Assembly: GCA_944363735.1 (NCBI GenBank)
Contig: CALVVB010000002.1
Coordinates: 16,349-80,348, forward strand
Direction: 5' to 3'
DNA from: an uncultured Bacilli bacterium
Lineage (GTDB): Bacteria; Bacillota_I; Bacilli_A; RF39; UBA660
Length of the DNA stretch: 64,000 nt
Translations under genes and position numbers: made by a program
The notes under the pieces: generated by a model
Database searches by the model: none
The model's input: the letters and a program-made list of their open reading frames with translations, nothing else
Told to the model about the DNA's origin: nothing
Part shown: in pieces, positions 54,603-64,000 of the stretch
Layout: each line of letters starts with the position of its first letter
How positions within the stretch are numbered: position 1 is the stretch's first letter

Positions 54603-57221
54603 TTATTTCTCTAATTTAGCCCTTGCAGCAGCAAGTCTTGCAACTGGAACTCTAAATGGACTACAGGAAACGTAATTAAGTCCAACTTTTTGACAGAAAG
54701 CTATACTCTTAGGATCTCCTCCATGCTCTCCACAGATACCAAGTTTTATATCACTTCTTGTACTTCTACCAAGTTCAGCAGCCATTTTTACTAACTTACC
54801 AACACCAACAGTATCTAAACTTGCAAAAGGATCATTTGTAAATATTTTCTTTTCATAGTAATCAGTCAAGAATTTAGAAGCATCATCTCTAGAGAAACCA
54901 TAAGTCATTTGTGTTAAGTCATTAGTACCAAAGCTAAAGAACTCTGCTTCTTCTGCTATTTTATCTGCTAAAAGAGCAGCTCTAGGTATTTCTATCATTG
55001 TACCTACTTTATATTCTAAATCACTGTTATTATCTTTAATAATAGCGTCTGCTGTAGTAGTTACTATATTCTTAACATATTTTAATTCATTAACATCCCC
55101 TACTAAAGGTATCATAATTTCAGGTGTTACTTTAATACCCTCTTTTTCTACTTCTAATGCAGCATTAATAACAGATTTTGTTTGCATAACAGCAATTTCA
55201 GGATAAGTAACAGCAAGACGACAACCACGGTGTCCCATCATTGGATTAAATTCTTTTAGTGACTCTACTTTATTTTTTAAAGATTCAAAATCCATATCAA
55301 GGTCTTTAGCAAGAGCTTTAATTTCATCATCAGTATGAGGTAAGAATTCATGTAGTGGTGGATCTAGGAATCTAATAGTAACTTCATAACCATCCATCAC
55401 TTTAAATAATTCTTTAAAGTCATCTTTTTGATAAGGTAATATGGCATCTAATGCTTCTTCACGTTTTTCTAGAGTTGGAGCGACTATCATTTTTCTAAAG
55501 TTAAAGATTCTCTCACTATCAAAGAACATATGCTCTGTACGACAAAGACCAATACCTTTAGCACCAAATTCTCTTGCTACTTTAGCATCCCTAGGATTAT
55601 CAGCATTAGTTCTAACTTCTAAATCTGCTACTTCATCAGCCCAATTCATGAATATTTCAAAGTTTCCACTAATAGATGCAGGAACTGTTTTAATCTCTTC
55701 TCCATATACATTCCCTAAAGAACCATCTAAACTAATATAATCTCCTTCTTTAAAGACTTTACCATCTTTTGTAGTAAGAGTTTTCTTATTAATATCTACT
55801 ACTACATCAGAACAACCTGATACACAACAAGTACCCATACCACGAGCGACAACTGCTGCATGTGATGTCATGCCACCTCTTACTGTTAAGATACCACGAG
55901 CGATATTCATACCTTCAATATCTTCTGGAGATGTTTCTTCACGAGCTAATATTATATCTTCTACTCCATTTTTATGAGCTTCCATAACATCTTCGGCACT
56001 AAAGTATAAATGTCCAGTTGCTGCCCCAGGTGAAGCTGCTAAACCTTTACCAATAACTTTTGCTTTGCTTAATGCTTCTTTATCAAAAGCAGGATGTAAT
56101 AATTGTTCTAATTGTTTAGGCTCTACTCTTAAAAGAGCTTCCTCTTTAGTAATTTTACCTTCAGAAACAAGTTCTACAGCAATTCTAAGAGCAGCTTCAG
56201 CTGTTCTTTTACCACTTCTAGTTTGAAGCATGAATAGCTTACCGTTTTCGATAGTAAATTCCATATCTTGCATATCTTTATAATGATCTTCTAGAGTTTT
56301 ACATATCTTAACAAATTCATCGTAACATTCTGGCATAACTTCTTTTAATGTATCAATAGATTCAGGTGTTCTAATACCTGCAACCACATCTTCACCTTGT
56401 GCATTAATTAGATACTCTCCATATAAAGCTTTCTCACCAGTAGCAGGATTTCTAGTGAAGGCAACACCTGTTCCACTAGTATTACCCATATTACCATAAA
56501 CCATCTCTTGAACATTAACAGCAGTACCCCAGTCTCCTGGAATATCATTAAGACGTCTATAAGTAATCGCTCTATCATTATTCCAACTTCTAAATACAGC
56601 TTTTACCGCTTCAATTAATTGTACTTTAGCATCTTGTGGGAACTCAAGACCTGCATGTTTTTTATATTCACCTTTATATCTATCTACAACCTCTTTAAGG
56701 TCATCTTGAGTTAAATCAGTATCAAGTTCTACATTCTTTTCTTTCTTAATATCTTCAAATAAATATTCAAAAGAACTCTTTGGAAAACCCATAACTACAT
56801 CGGCAAACATTTGAATAAACCTACGATAACAGTCATAAGCAAATCTCTTGTTATCTGTAAGTCTTGCCAGTGTCTCTACTACTTCATCATTCATGCCAAG
56901 ATTAAGAATTGTATCCATCATTCCTGGCATCGAACTTCTTGCCCCACTTCTAACTGATACTAATAATGGATTTTTATCATCTCCCATTTTCTTACCAGTT
57001 AACTCTTCAAGATTAGCAAGTTCTTTAAAGATTTCTTCTTTAATATCATCACTAATCTCTTCATTATCATCATAATATTTTAAACAAGATTCAGTTGTTA
57101 CTGTAAATCCACGAGGTACAGGTAGTCCAATTCTTGTCATCTCAGCAAGATTCGCTCCTTTTCCTCCTAACAACTCCCTCATATCCTTATTGCCTTCACT
57201 AAAGGCATAAACATATTTCAT
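54603..57221 (-). CDS. ppdK: pyruvate, phosphate dikinase
   Basis: 872 aa. LGGKGANLAEM (ATP-grasp), the phosphohistidine motif GGMTSHAAVVARG, and the PEP-utilising C-terminus FFSFGTNDLTQM...CGEHGGDP. Confidence 0.95.
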   Translation of the reverse strand: MKYVYAFSEGNKDMRELLGGKGANLAEMTRIGLPVPRGFTVTTESCLKYYDDNEEISDDIKEEIFKELANLEELTGKKMGDDKNPLLVSVRSGARSSMPGMMDTILNLGMNDEVVETLARLTDNKRFAYDCYRRFIQMFADVVMGFPKSSFEYLFEDIKKEKNVELDTDLTQDDLKEVVDRYKGEYKKHAGLEFPQDAKVQLIEAVKAVFRSWNNDRAITYRRLNDIPGDWGTAVNVQEMVYGNMGNTSGTGVAFTRNPATGEKALYGEYLINAQGEDVVAGIRTPESIDTLKEVMPECYDEFVKICKTLEDHYKDMQDMEFTIENGKLFMLQTRSGKRTAEAALRIAVELVSEGKITKEEALLRVEPKQLEQLLHPAFDKEALSKAKVIGKGLAASPGAATGHLYFSAEDVMEAHKNGVEDIILAREETSPEDIEGMNIARGILTVRGGMTSHAAVVARGMGTCCVSGCSDVVVDINKKTLTTKDGKVFKEGDYISLDGSLGNVYGEEIKTVPASISGNFEIFMNWADEVADLEVRTNADNPRDAKVAREFGAKGIGLCRTEHMFFDSERIFNFRKMIVAPTLEKREEALDAILPYQKDDFKELFKVMDGYEVTIRFLDPPLHEFLPHTDDEIKALAKDLDMDFESLKNKVESLKEFNPMMGHRGCRLAVTYPEIAVMQTKSVINAALEVEKEGIKVTPEIMIPLVGDVNELKYVKNIVTTTADAIIKDNNSDLEYKVGTMIEIPRAALLADKIAEEAEFFSFGTNDLTQMTYGFSRDDASKFLTDYYEKKIFTNDPFASLDTVGVGKLVKMAAELGRSTRSDIKLGICGEHGGDPKSIAFCQKVGLNYVSCSPFRVPVARLAAARAKLEK

Positions 57222-57336
57222 TTAATCACTATCCTTTCGCTATACTTAAAGTATATCAAAGTTAATTTATTTTTAAAAGAAAAAATTACCACTAAAAATA
57301 CGACATATGATATACTACTTTAAAGGGAGTGAAATT

Positions 57337-58926
57337 ATGTATCCATTTAAAATTTTAAATAAAACGAAATATTCTTTATATTTTCTTAATGCTTTCATAG
57401 AAAACATCTGTATCTATATCATGCCAATTATAATATCTATATGTTTAACTACGCCATTTACTTTAGATAAATTTAAAATATTAATTATTTTAACCATCAC
57501 TCTTAAAACTTTAGAAATAATATTTAATTCTATTTGGAATATAAAAGCAGTATACTTTTTAGAAGAAACAAAAAAAGATTTACAACTTGCATATTTTAGA
57601 AGAATATGTGATATGAACGTTACAAAAATTAATAATACGCATACTGGCTTTTTAAAGAAACAAATAGATATAGTTAGCGATGAAACAGCAAATTTATTAA
57701 ATGAGTTCATGACAACAATTAATGGTTTTGTTATTGCAATCTCTATATTTCTAATTCAAGTTTTCACCCAAAGCAAACTTGTATTTGTTATTTGTATAGT
57801 GTTTATAATATTTATAGTAATTTATAATATAATCATTACTAAATTTAATGTCCTAGCTCAAGAGGATTATAACAATAAAAATGCTAAATATAATGCTACT
57901 AATGTAGATTTTATAGAAAATGTTAAAGTAGTAAAAAATTATGATGGTTTGCATTTTGCAACTAAAAGAATTAATAAAGAATTTGACATAGTAAGAAATC
58001 CTTTAAAGAAAGTTAATATCTTTGGCTCTTTAAGGTTTGATGGAACAAGTGCTTTAATATTTATAATGTATGCTATTTTATTAATAAGTTTATTTGTTCA
58101 AATGCAAAATGGAGAAAATGTATTTAGTTATGTAGTTTTTTATACCACAATGTTTACTGGCCTCAATACAGAATTAAGAGGAGTTGGTTATCTTTTCTTA
58201 CATCTTAATAAATTTAAGTCTGCTAATAATCAAATAGAAAAAGTTTTAACCAAAGAAGAAAAACAACCTAAGTTTAAAGACTTTAATAGCATTACTTTAA
58301 AAGATATAGAGTTTAAATATAATAAGAAAAGTAAAAACGTTATAAATATTCCTTACTTCTCAATAAATAAAAAAGATAAATTGAGTATAATGGGAGAATC
58401 TGGCCAAGGTAAATCTACTTTTCTTAATCTGTTCTGTAGATTTTATAAAATAGATAATAGTAAGTATCTAATTAATGGTAAAGAAAGTAATAAGGCTCCT
58501 GATATCGCTTACATATCTCAAGAAACAGACCTTTTTGATTTATCTATTAGAGATAATCTTTTATTAGGTAAAAACATTAGTGTTAAGAAATTAAATGAAT
58601 ATCTAGAAGATGCTGGACTTCTTTCTTGGATTAATAGTTTAGAACATGGTCTTGATACTATAGTTGGAGAAAAAGGTATAAGACTATCTACTGGTCAAAA
58701 ACAAAGATTAAATATTATTAGAGGAATTCTCCTAGATAAAGAAATATATATTTTAGATGAACCTACTTCTAATCTAGATGTTCTATCAGAAGAAAAGATC
58801 TATGATATGATAAATAAGTATTTAAATGATAAAACTTTAATTATCGTAACTCATAGACCTAAATTAAGAGATATCTGTAATAAACATTATTACTTTAAAG
58901 ATAAAGAAATGATTTTAGAAGATTAA
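57337..58926 (+). CDS. fused ABC exporter (TMD plus NBD)
   Basis: Six TM helices, then Walker A GESGQGKST, signature LSTGQKQR and Walker B IYILDEPTS. ATG 57337 follows AAAGGGAG. Confidence 0.85.
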   Translation: MYPFKILNKTKYSLYFLNAFIENICIYIMPIIISICLTTPFTLDKFKILIILTITLKTLEIIFNSIWNIKAVYFLEETKKDLQLAYFRRICDMNVTKINNTHTGFLKKQIDIVSDETANLLNEFMTTINGFVIAISIFLIQVFTQSKLVFVICIVFIIFIVIYNIIITKFNVLAQEDYNNKNAKYNATNVDFIENVKVVKNYDGLHFATKRINKEFDIVRNPLKKVNIFGSLRFDGTSALIFIMYAILLISLFVQMQNGENVFSYVVFYTTMFTGLNTELRGVGYLFLHLNKFKSANNQIEKVLTKEEKQPKFKDFNSITLKDIEFKYNKKSKNVINIPYFSINKKDKLSIMGESGQGKSTFLNLFCRFYKIDNSKYLINGKESNKAPDIAYISQETDLFDLSIRDNLLLGKNISVKKLNEYLEDAGLLSWINSLEHGLDTIVGEKGIRLSTGQKQRLNIIRGILLDKEIYILDEPTSNLDVLSEEKIYDMINKYLNDKTLIIVTHRPKLRDICNKHYYFKDKEMILED

Positions 58927-58955
58927 AGACTCTAACATATTTTGTTAGAGTCTTT
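58925..58955. terminator. hairpin between convergent ABC and htpG genes
   Basis: AAAGACTCTAACA-TATTT-TGTTAGAGTCTTT is a perfect 13-bp stem. The U-tract is short. Confidence 0.55.
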
Positions 58956-58974
58956 TCATGTATAATTGGATATA

Positions 58975-60861
58975 TTATTTAGCAAGTAATTCACTAATTA
59001 AATTACTTATTTCTGTTGGATTATCTAAACTCATTCCTTCAATAAGTCTAGCTTCAGCATATAGTATTTTACTATATTTCTCTAGTGTCTCATAATCTTT
59101 ATTTTCATATAAAGATTTTAATTTATCTGCAATAGGATGGTCTTCATTAATTTCCATAACAGTATTTGCTTTAACTCCAGTATCTGTTGGCATTGCATCC
59201 ATTACTTTTTGCATTTCGACAGATACATCACCTTTACTAGTTAAACATACAGGATGATTTTTTAAACGATGCGTAAACTCTACTTCATTAACACCATTAT
59301 TTAGAGCATCATGCATTTTAGTAAACATATCTTTATATTCTTCATTAACTTTCTTTAATTCTTCTTTTTCTTCATCACTTTCTAAATTAGCATCACTACT
59401 TGCCACATTAACAAAGTTTTTCTCCTTATAATTCATCATTACTTTAAAGACAAATTCATCTAAATAATCAGTTAAATATAAAATATCTATTCCCTTTTCT
59501 TTAGCAGCATCAACCTGTGGTAATAAATCTATTTTATCTATAGTCTCACCACAAGCATAATAAATTGTCTTATCATCATCACTCATTTTAGAAACATACT
59601 CATCAAGGGTAATCATCTTTTTCTCTTTAGATGAATAGAAAAGTAATAAATCTTGTAAAGTTTCTTTAGCCATACCATAAGACTCATAAATACCTACTTT
59701 AAGTTGCATTCCAAAGTCTTTAAAGAACTTCTCATAGTTCTCTCTATCGTTTTTAAGCATTTTCTCTAACTCTTTTTTAATCTTAGATTCAAGGCTTTTA
59801 GCGATAGATTTAATTTGATAATTATCTTGTAGAGTTTCTCTTGATATATTTAAAGATATATCTTCACTATCTACAACACCTTTAACAAAACTAAAGTAAT
59901 CAGGTAAAAGATCAGAACATTTATCCATGATTAGAACACCTTTAGAATAAAGTTCAAGTCCCTTCTCATAGTCTTTAGAATAATAGTTGTATGGAGCATG
60001 ACTCGGTATAAATAAAAGTGTCGTATATGAGCATCTTCCTTCTACTTCACTACGTATTACCTTTAAAGGAGCTTCATAGTCATAAAATTTATCTGTATAA
60101 AAAGAATTATAGTCTTCATCTTTAACTGCACTCTTTTGTTTCTTCCAGATAGGAACCATGCTATTTAAAGTTTTATCTTCAATCTTTTTTTCTTCTTTAT
60201 CATCTTTCTTACTAATTGTTTCTACTTCCATCTTAATAGGATAAGAAATATAATCAGAATACTTCTTAACTAATCTTTCAAGAGCATAATCCTCTAAGTA
60301 TTCATCATAATTATTATCTTCATTATTTTCTTTTAAATGAAGGATAACTTTAGTACCAGTTTTATCATAAGGAACTTCTTCAATAGAATAACCATCAGCA
60401 CCTCTTGATATCCAACGATAAGCTTTATCACTATCATAAGCTTTACTAATAACTTCTACTTCATCACTTACCATGAAACTAGAATAAAAACCTACACCAA
60501 ACTGACCAATAATAGCCATATTCTTATCATCAGACATTTTCTCTTTAAATAATTCTGAACCACTTTTAGCGATAGTACCTAAATTATTTTCTAGTTCAAC
60601 ATCATTCATACCAATACCATTATCAATAATTGTTAAAGTTCTATTATCTTTATCAGGAATAAGTCTAATCTCTAAATCTTTTTTCTTAACTTTAATATTT
60701 TTATTAGTAAGTGATTCATAATATAGTTTATCTATAGCATCACTTGCATTAGAGATTAACTCACGTAAAAATATCTCCTTATTAGTATAAATTGAATTAA
60801 TCATTAAATCTAATAATTTTTTAGATTCAGCTTTAAATTGTTTTTTCTTCAAATTAATCAC
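58975..60861 (-). CDS. htpG: molecular chaperone HtpG (Hsp90)
   Basis: FKAESKKLLDLMINSIYTNKEIFLRELISNASDA and GQFGVGFYS are canonical Hsp90 N-domain motifs. 628 aa with a GTG start. Confidence 0.95.
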   Translation of the reverse strand: MINLKKKQFKAESKKLLDLMINSIYTNKEIFLRELISNASDAIDKLYYESLTNKNIKVKKKDLEIRLIPDKDNRTLTIIDNGIGMNDVELENNLGTIAKSGSELFKEKMSDDKNMAIIGQFGVGFYSSFMVSDEVEVISKAYDSDKAYRWISRGADGYSIEEVPYDKTGTKVILHLKENNEDNNYDEYLEDYALERLVKKYSDYISYPIKMEVETISKKDDKEEKKIEDKTLNSMVPIWKKQKSAVKDEDYNSFYTDKFYDYEAPLKVIRSEVEGRCSYTTLLFIPSHAPYNYYSKDYEKGLELYSKGVLIMDKCSDLLPDYFSFVKGVVDSEDISLNISRETLQDNYQIKSIAKSLESKIKKELEKMLKNDRENYEKFFKDFGMQLKVGIYESYGMAKETLQDLLLFYSSKEKKMITLDEYVSKMSDDDKTIYYACGETIDKIDLLPQVDAAKEKGIDILYLTDYLDEFVFKVMMNYKEKNFVNVASSDANLESDEEKEELKKVNEEYKDMFTKMHDALNNGVNEVEFTHRLKNHPVCLTSKGDVSVEMQKVMDAMPTDTGVKANTVMEINEDHPIADKLKSLYENKDYETLEKYSKILYAEARLIEGMSLDNPTEISNLISELLAK

Positions 60862-60933
60862 TCTTCTTTCTTACTTACAAGAAATAGAATAACACCTGTT
60901 TTAGCAGATGTCAATAGTGAGTGCTAATTTTTA

Positions 60934-61482
60934 TTATAATAAATAGTCTATTATTAAAATTATACTCATTGAAGTAAAAATAAAACCAACTATAAACATA
61001 AAGAAATCAGTAATACGAAATTTTTTATTAGCTATACATAATTTAGGTTTTTTAGGATTTATATAAATTTCATACTCTTCTCCTATTACATAATTATTTA
61101 AAACTTTAGATCTTATATCTTGTAAAGATTGTTCTTCATAGTTTATACCTAAAAATTCATATTTATAAATAGGAAAGTTCAAGCTTTTCCCCGTTGCATT
61201 AGTATATTTATTAACTCCAATAAATGTAGCTTTAATTTTTTTATTACAAGAAACACATGAGTAAATTAAATAAGTAGCAATACCTAAAAAAGTATAACCA
61301 ATTATAAAAATTAAAAGTGCTATTTCAAGATTTTCATCTCGACAAAAAATTCCAATTATTGAAACTGCAAACAATAAACATATACTAACCAATAAAGATT
61401 TAGATTCAATTTTATTATCTCTTATAAATGTAATAATCATTAATAAAATGGCAAATGCCATTAAAATAAATACTATTTTCAT
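60934..61482 (-). CDS. hypothetical membrane protein (DUF3592-like topology)
   Basis: 182 aa. TM helices flank a small beta-rich soluble domain. Assignment is by topology only. Confidence 0.4.
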   Translation of the reverse strand: MKIVFILMAFAILLMIITFIRDNKIESKSLLVSICLLFAVSIIGIFCRDENLEIALLIFIIGYTFLGIATYLIYSCVSCNKKIKATFIGVNKYTNATGKSLNFPIYKYEFLGINYEEQSLQDIRSKVLNNYVIGEEYEIYINPKKPKLCIANKKFRITDFFMFIVGFIFTSMSIILIIDYLL

Positions 61483-61515
61483 TATAATTTCTCCGTTTTA
61501 TACTAGATCTTTATA

Positions 61516-61908
61516 TTAAAGTTTAGCTTCCATCATAATTTTATATACAGATTTAATTTTCTCTTTTTTATCATGATTCATATCTATAAAGTTAATATGT
61601 AACTGATAACCACTATCAAAACTAAATAGAAGTTCTACTTTGCCTGGTTTAAAATTAATTGCACTACTTGATATAGATGAATAAGGAAAAATATGTATTT
61701 TTTTATAGTAGACAGCAAGAGTATCTCTATCAAATAGAATCATCTTTTTATCTGTAAAAACAACATAGTCTTTACTATTTTTATAACTGCCTATAATAGT
61801 TTCTTTACTACTTACATACTCTTTTGCATAATCAGGTAATTTATCAGTTGCAATTTCTTCTTTAAAATCAAAATATTTAGATAATTCTTTAAATTTAATA
61901 TAAGCCAT
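61516..61908 (-). CDS. bacterial PH-domain protein (YokE-like)
   Basis: 130 aa. The VVFTDKKMILFD...PYSSISS pattern is typical of bPH domains. Confidence 0.5.
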   Translation of the reverse strand: MAYIKFKELSKYFDFKEEIATDKLPDYAKEYVSSKETIIGSYKNSKDYVVFTDKKMILFDRDTLAVYYKKIHIFPYSSISSSAINFKPGKVELLFSFDSGYQLHINFIDMNHDKKEKIKSVYKIMMEAKL

Positions 61909-62031
61909 ATTAACACCTCTGTTTTATTTTCATTACTTAAAATTTATCATCAGTAACAATATTCGTCAAGTATCTAGGCACTATTTGACAAAGAAAAAAG
62001 AAAATCAAATTAGACTTTCTTTTTAATTTAA

Positions 62032-64000
62032 TTAAATTTGTGGTAATCCTCTTGGAGTAACTTCATAACCACCTTTGCTATAAACTACTTCATCTAGAGT
62101 AAAGCTCTTAGTAAATGAAGGCTGTACTACAGTAAAGATTGTTCTTACATATACTTTATTATCTGTATCTTTAGTAGCTTTAATTGCTTCATAAATATCA
62201 GTCCATCTAGCACCTACTTTTGTTCCACTCCAGTGAATAGAAGAATTTGCAGAAATTGTATAACTATTGAACAATCCATTTCCATATTTATTTCCATTAC
62301 CATCATTTAAACCTTGATATTGATTATCATATTTATAGTTTGATTTTGTATAGTGAACACCATCAGTACTATATTCCATTTCAATTATATACTTTTGATT
62401 CTTAGAAGCTACGTTGAATGTTAAATCTTTATCAAATTTGATAGCAAATGCATTGAAGTTATTTATTGTATTATTAGCTTCATCAATTAGATTTGATCCA
62501 ACTGCTTGTGCAGTTAAGTTTAGAAGATTAAGTTCAAAAGTAATAGTTTCAGTATTACCAGCCATATCAGTAGCAATTACTTCAAAAGTTCCTTCTCCTA
62601 ACCAACTGATATTAAATCTTTTAGAAACACTTGCAGTAGTTCTAACTTTTTCAACATTGTTATATTTTACAACAACTTCAAAATCATTAGCATCTTTTAC
62701 TGTAACATTTCCATCATCAGTAACTCCATTTACTAGTTTATCAACTGTAATAGTTGGAGCAGTTTTATCAATAGTAAAAGTTACTTCTTCTGATTTATGT
62801 CCATACCTATCCTCTGCATAAACAGTATAAGTACCTTCATCTTCAATGGTTAAAGTATCTTCTCTACCCATTCTTTCTCCATTAAGATATGTTTGTTGTA
62901 GCTCAATATCAGAAATATTTACAACTACATCATGATTATAATAACCATTTTCTCTAGCATCTTCTATTGTAATAACAGGAGCTGCATTATCAATTGTTAA
63001 ATTCCAAACATCACTTTGGTTACCTGCTTTATCATAAGCTATTATTTTATAGTAACCTTCTTTAGTTAAAATGTGTCCGTTTTCTACTTCGTATGTTTCT
63101 CCACTTATTTTATCAGTTACTAATATTTTATCTAAATTATCTTCAATTACTTTAATAGTAACATCAGATTCCATAGTCTTTTGTGGATCTTCAAATTCAG
63201 GTGCTGTCTTATCAATAGTTACAGTTTTTGTTGTAATATTTCCTGCTCTATCTGTTGCAACTATTGTATATACCCCATCACTAACTAATTTCTTTGTGAA
63301 ATACTTACCATCATGATCATATTCAGTTCCATTAATTGTTACTTTATATAAATTTTCATCACTGATATAAACTATCTCTGATTTATTATTATAAGAACCA
63401 TCTTCAAAACCATTAATAGATGGAGCAGTTTTATCAATAGTAACATAAACAGTTGTACTTCTTCCAGAATAATCTGTTGCAGTTACTCTATATGTTCCTT
63501 CTTCAGTTAAAACATAACCATTATCTACTGTTTTAGTTGTTTTATCATTATAACTATATACTTCGATAGTTTTTACTTTTAAATCTTTTACATCAAGTTT
63601 AATATCTTCATTATATTGATGTCCATTCTTAACTGTAGTAAATACTGGAGCAGTTTTATCTACCGCCACATAAATAGATGTAGTATTTCCAGCTTTATCT
63701 GTTGCAGTTAATAAATAGATTGATTCTTTTGTTAAAGTTGAGTTGTTTTCAATTTCAACAACATTATAGTTATCTGCATATACTTTTGCAGTTATTTTAT
63801 CTAGATTTGTATCATTTACTTCTACTGTTATATCATCTTGATAGAACATTCCATTCTTTAAACCAACAAATTCAGGTGCTGTCTTATCAATAGTTACAGT
63901 TTTTGTTGTAATATTTCCTGCTCTATCTGTTGCAACTATTGTATATACCCCATCACTAACTAATTTCTTTGTGAAATACTTACCATCATGATCATATTCA
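62032..64000 (-). CDS. large surface protein with repeated Ig-like (about 75 aa, '...IDKTAP...') modules; 5' end beyond window
   Basis: The track ORF starts at M 63849, but the frame stays open upstream (…TVTIDKTAPEFVGLKNGMFYQDD…) to position 64000. At least 8 modules end in (V/I)DKTAP. The C-terminal roughly 200 aa are unique. Confidence 0.7.
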   Translation of the reverse strand, partial: EYDHDGKYFTKKLVSDGVYTIVATDRAGNITTKTVTIDKTAPEFVGLKNGMFYQDDITVEVNDTNLDKITAKVYADNYNVVEIENNSTLTKESIYLLTATDKAGNTTSIYVAVDKTAPVFTTVKNGHQYNEDIKLDVKDLKVKTIEVYSYNDKTTKTVDNGYVLTEEGTYRVTATDYSGRSTTVYVTIDKTAPSINGFEDGSYNNKSEIVYISDENLYKVTINGTEYDHDGKYFTKKLVSDGVYTIVATDRAGNITTKTVTIDKTAPEFEDPQKTMESDVTIKVIEDNLDKILVTDKISGETYEVENGHILTKEGYYKIIAYDKAGNQSDVWNLTIDNAAPVITIEDARENGYYNHDVVVNISDIELQQTYLNGERMGREDTLTIEDEGTYTVYAEDRYGHKSEEVTFTIDKTAPTITVDKLVNGVTDDGNVTVKDANDFEVVVKYNNVEKVRTTASVSKRFNISWLGEGTFEVIATDMAGNTETITFELNLLNLTAQAVGSNLIDEANNTINNFNAFAIKFDKDLTFNVASKNQKYIIEMEYSTDGVHYTKSNYKYDNQYQGLNDGNGNKYGNGLFNSYTISANSSIHWSGTKVGARWTDIYEAIKATKDTDNKVYVRTIFTVVQPSFTKSFTLDEVVYSKGGYEVTPRGLPQI
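63192..64000. repeat. long identical intragenic direct repeat (offset 675 bp)
   Basis: 63192-63325 is identical to 63867-64000 (134 bp, truncated by the window edge). Confidence 0.9.

Overview
Very AT-rich chromosomal segment from a low-GC Gram-positive bacterium. The gene content looks clostridial or erysipelotrichial (yrrN/yrrO-like, ylbL/ylbJ-like, ppdK, htpG, choline-type cell-wall-binding repeats), but I cannot name the taxon. About 56 genes are present and almost all lie on the minus strand.

Layout:
- 0-10 kb: housekeeping genes (two U32/TrhP-like genes, ftsK, a Ca/Na antiporter, sodA) plus a YhcG/DUF1016 nuclease pseudogene.
- 10.6 kb: tRNA-Leu(GAG).
- 10.7-18 kb: a cell-surface operon with an adjacent cohesin/dockerin pair, lying divergent to an LCP ligase gene.
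- 18-27 kb: ylbL/ylbJ-like genes, two pseudopilins divergent from a GspE-type ATPase, ldh, an AAA/DUF4143 ATPase and a NatAB-like ABC exporter.
- 27-53 kb: a roughly 26 kb rhamnose-type cell-wall polysaccharide locus. It holds rfbACD and a separated rfbB, Wzm/Wzt, several GT2 and GT-C enzymes, two GtrB-type enzymes, GtrA, a WbsX fusion, a KdsB-like cytidylyltransferase, an HMGL-type aldolase fusion, a GH25 lysin, an O-acyltransferase and SGNH esterases. An IS200-like element and a decayed SGNH paralog interrupt it.
- 54-64 kb: ppdK, an ABC exporter, htpG, and a partial giant Ig-repeat surface protein.

The most interesting signal is in the 'empty' gap at 53.3-54.1 kb. It reads as a complete type III (RNA antitoxin) toxin-antitoxin cassette: sigma-A promoter, two tandem 50-nt repeats, an intrinsic terminator, and a ToxN/AbiQ/CptN-like toxin. 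The cassette is bracketed by copies of one stop-codon-embedded hairpin.

I saw no CRISPR array, rRNA gene, integrase or prophage.
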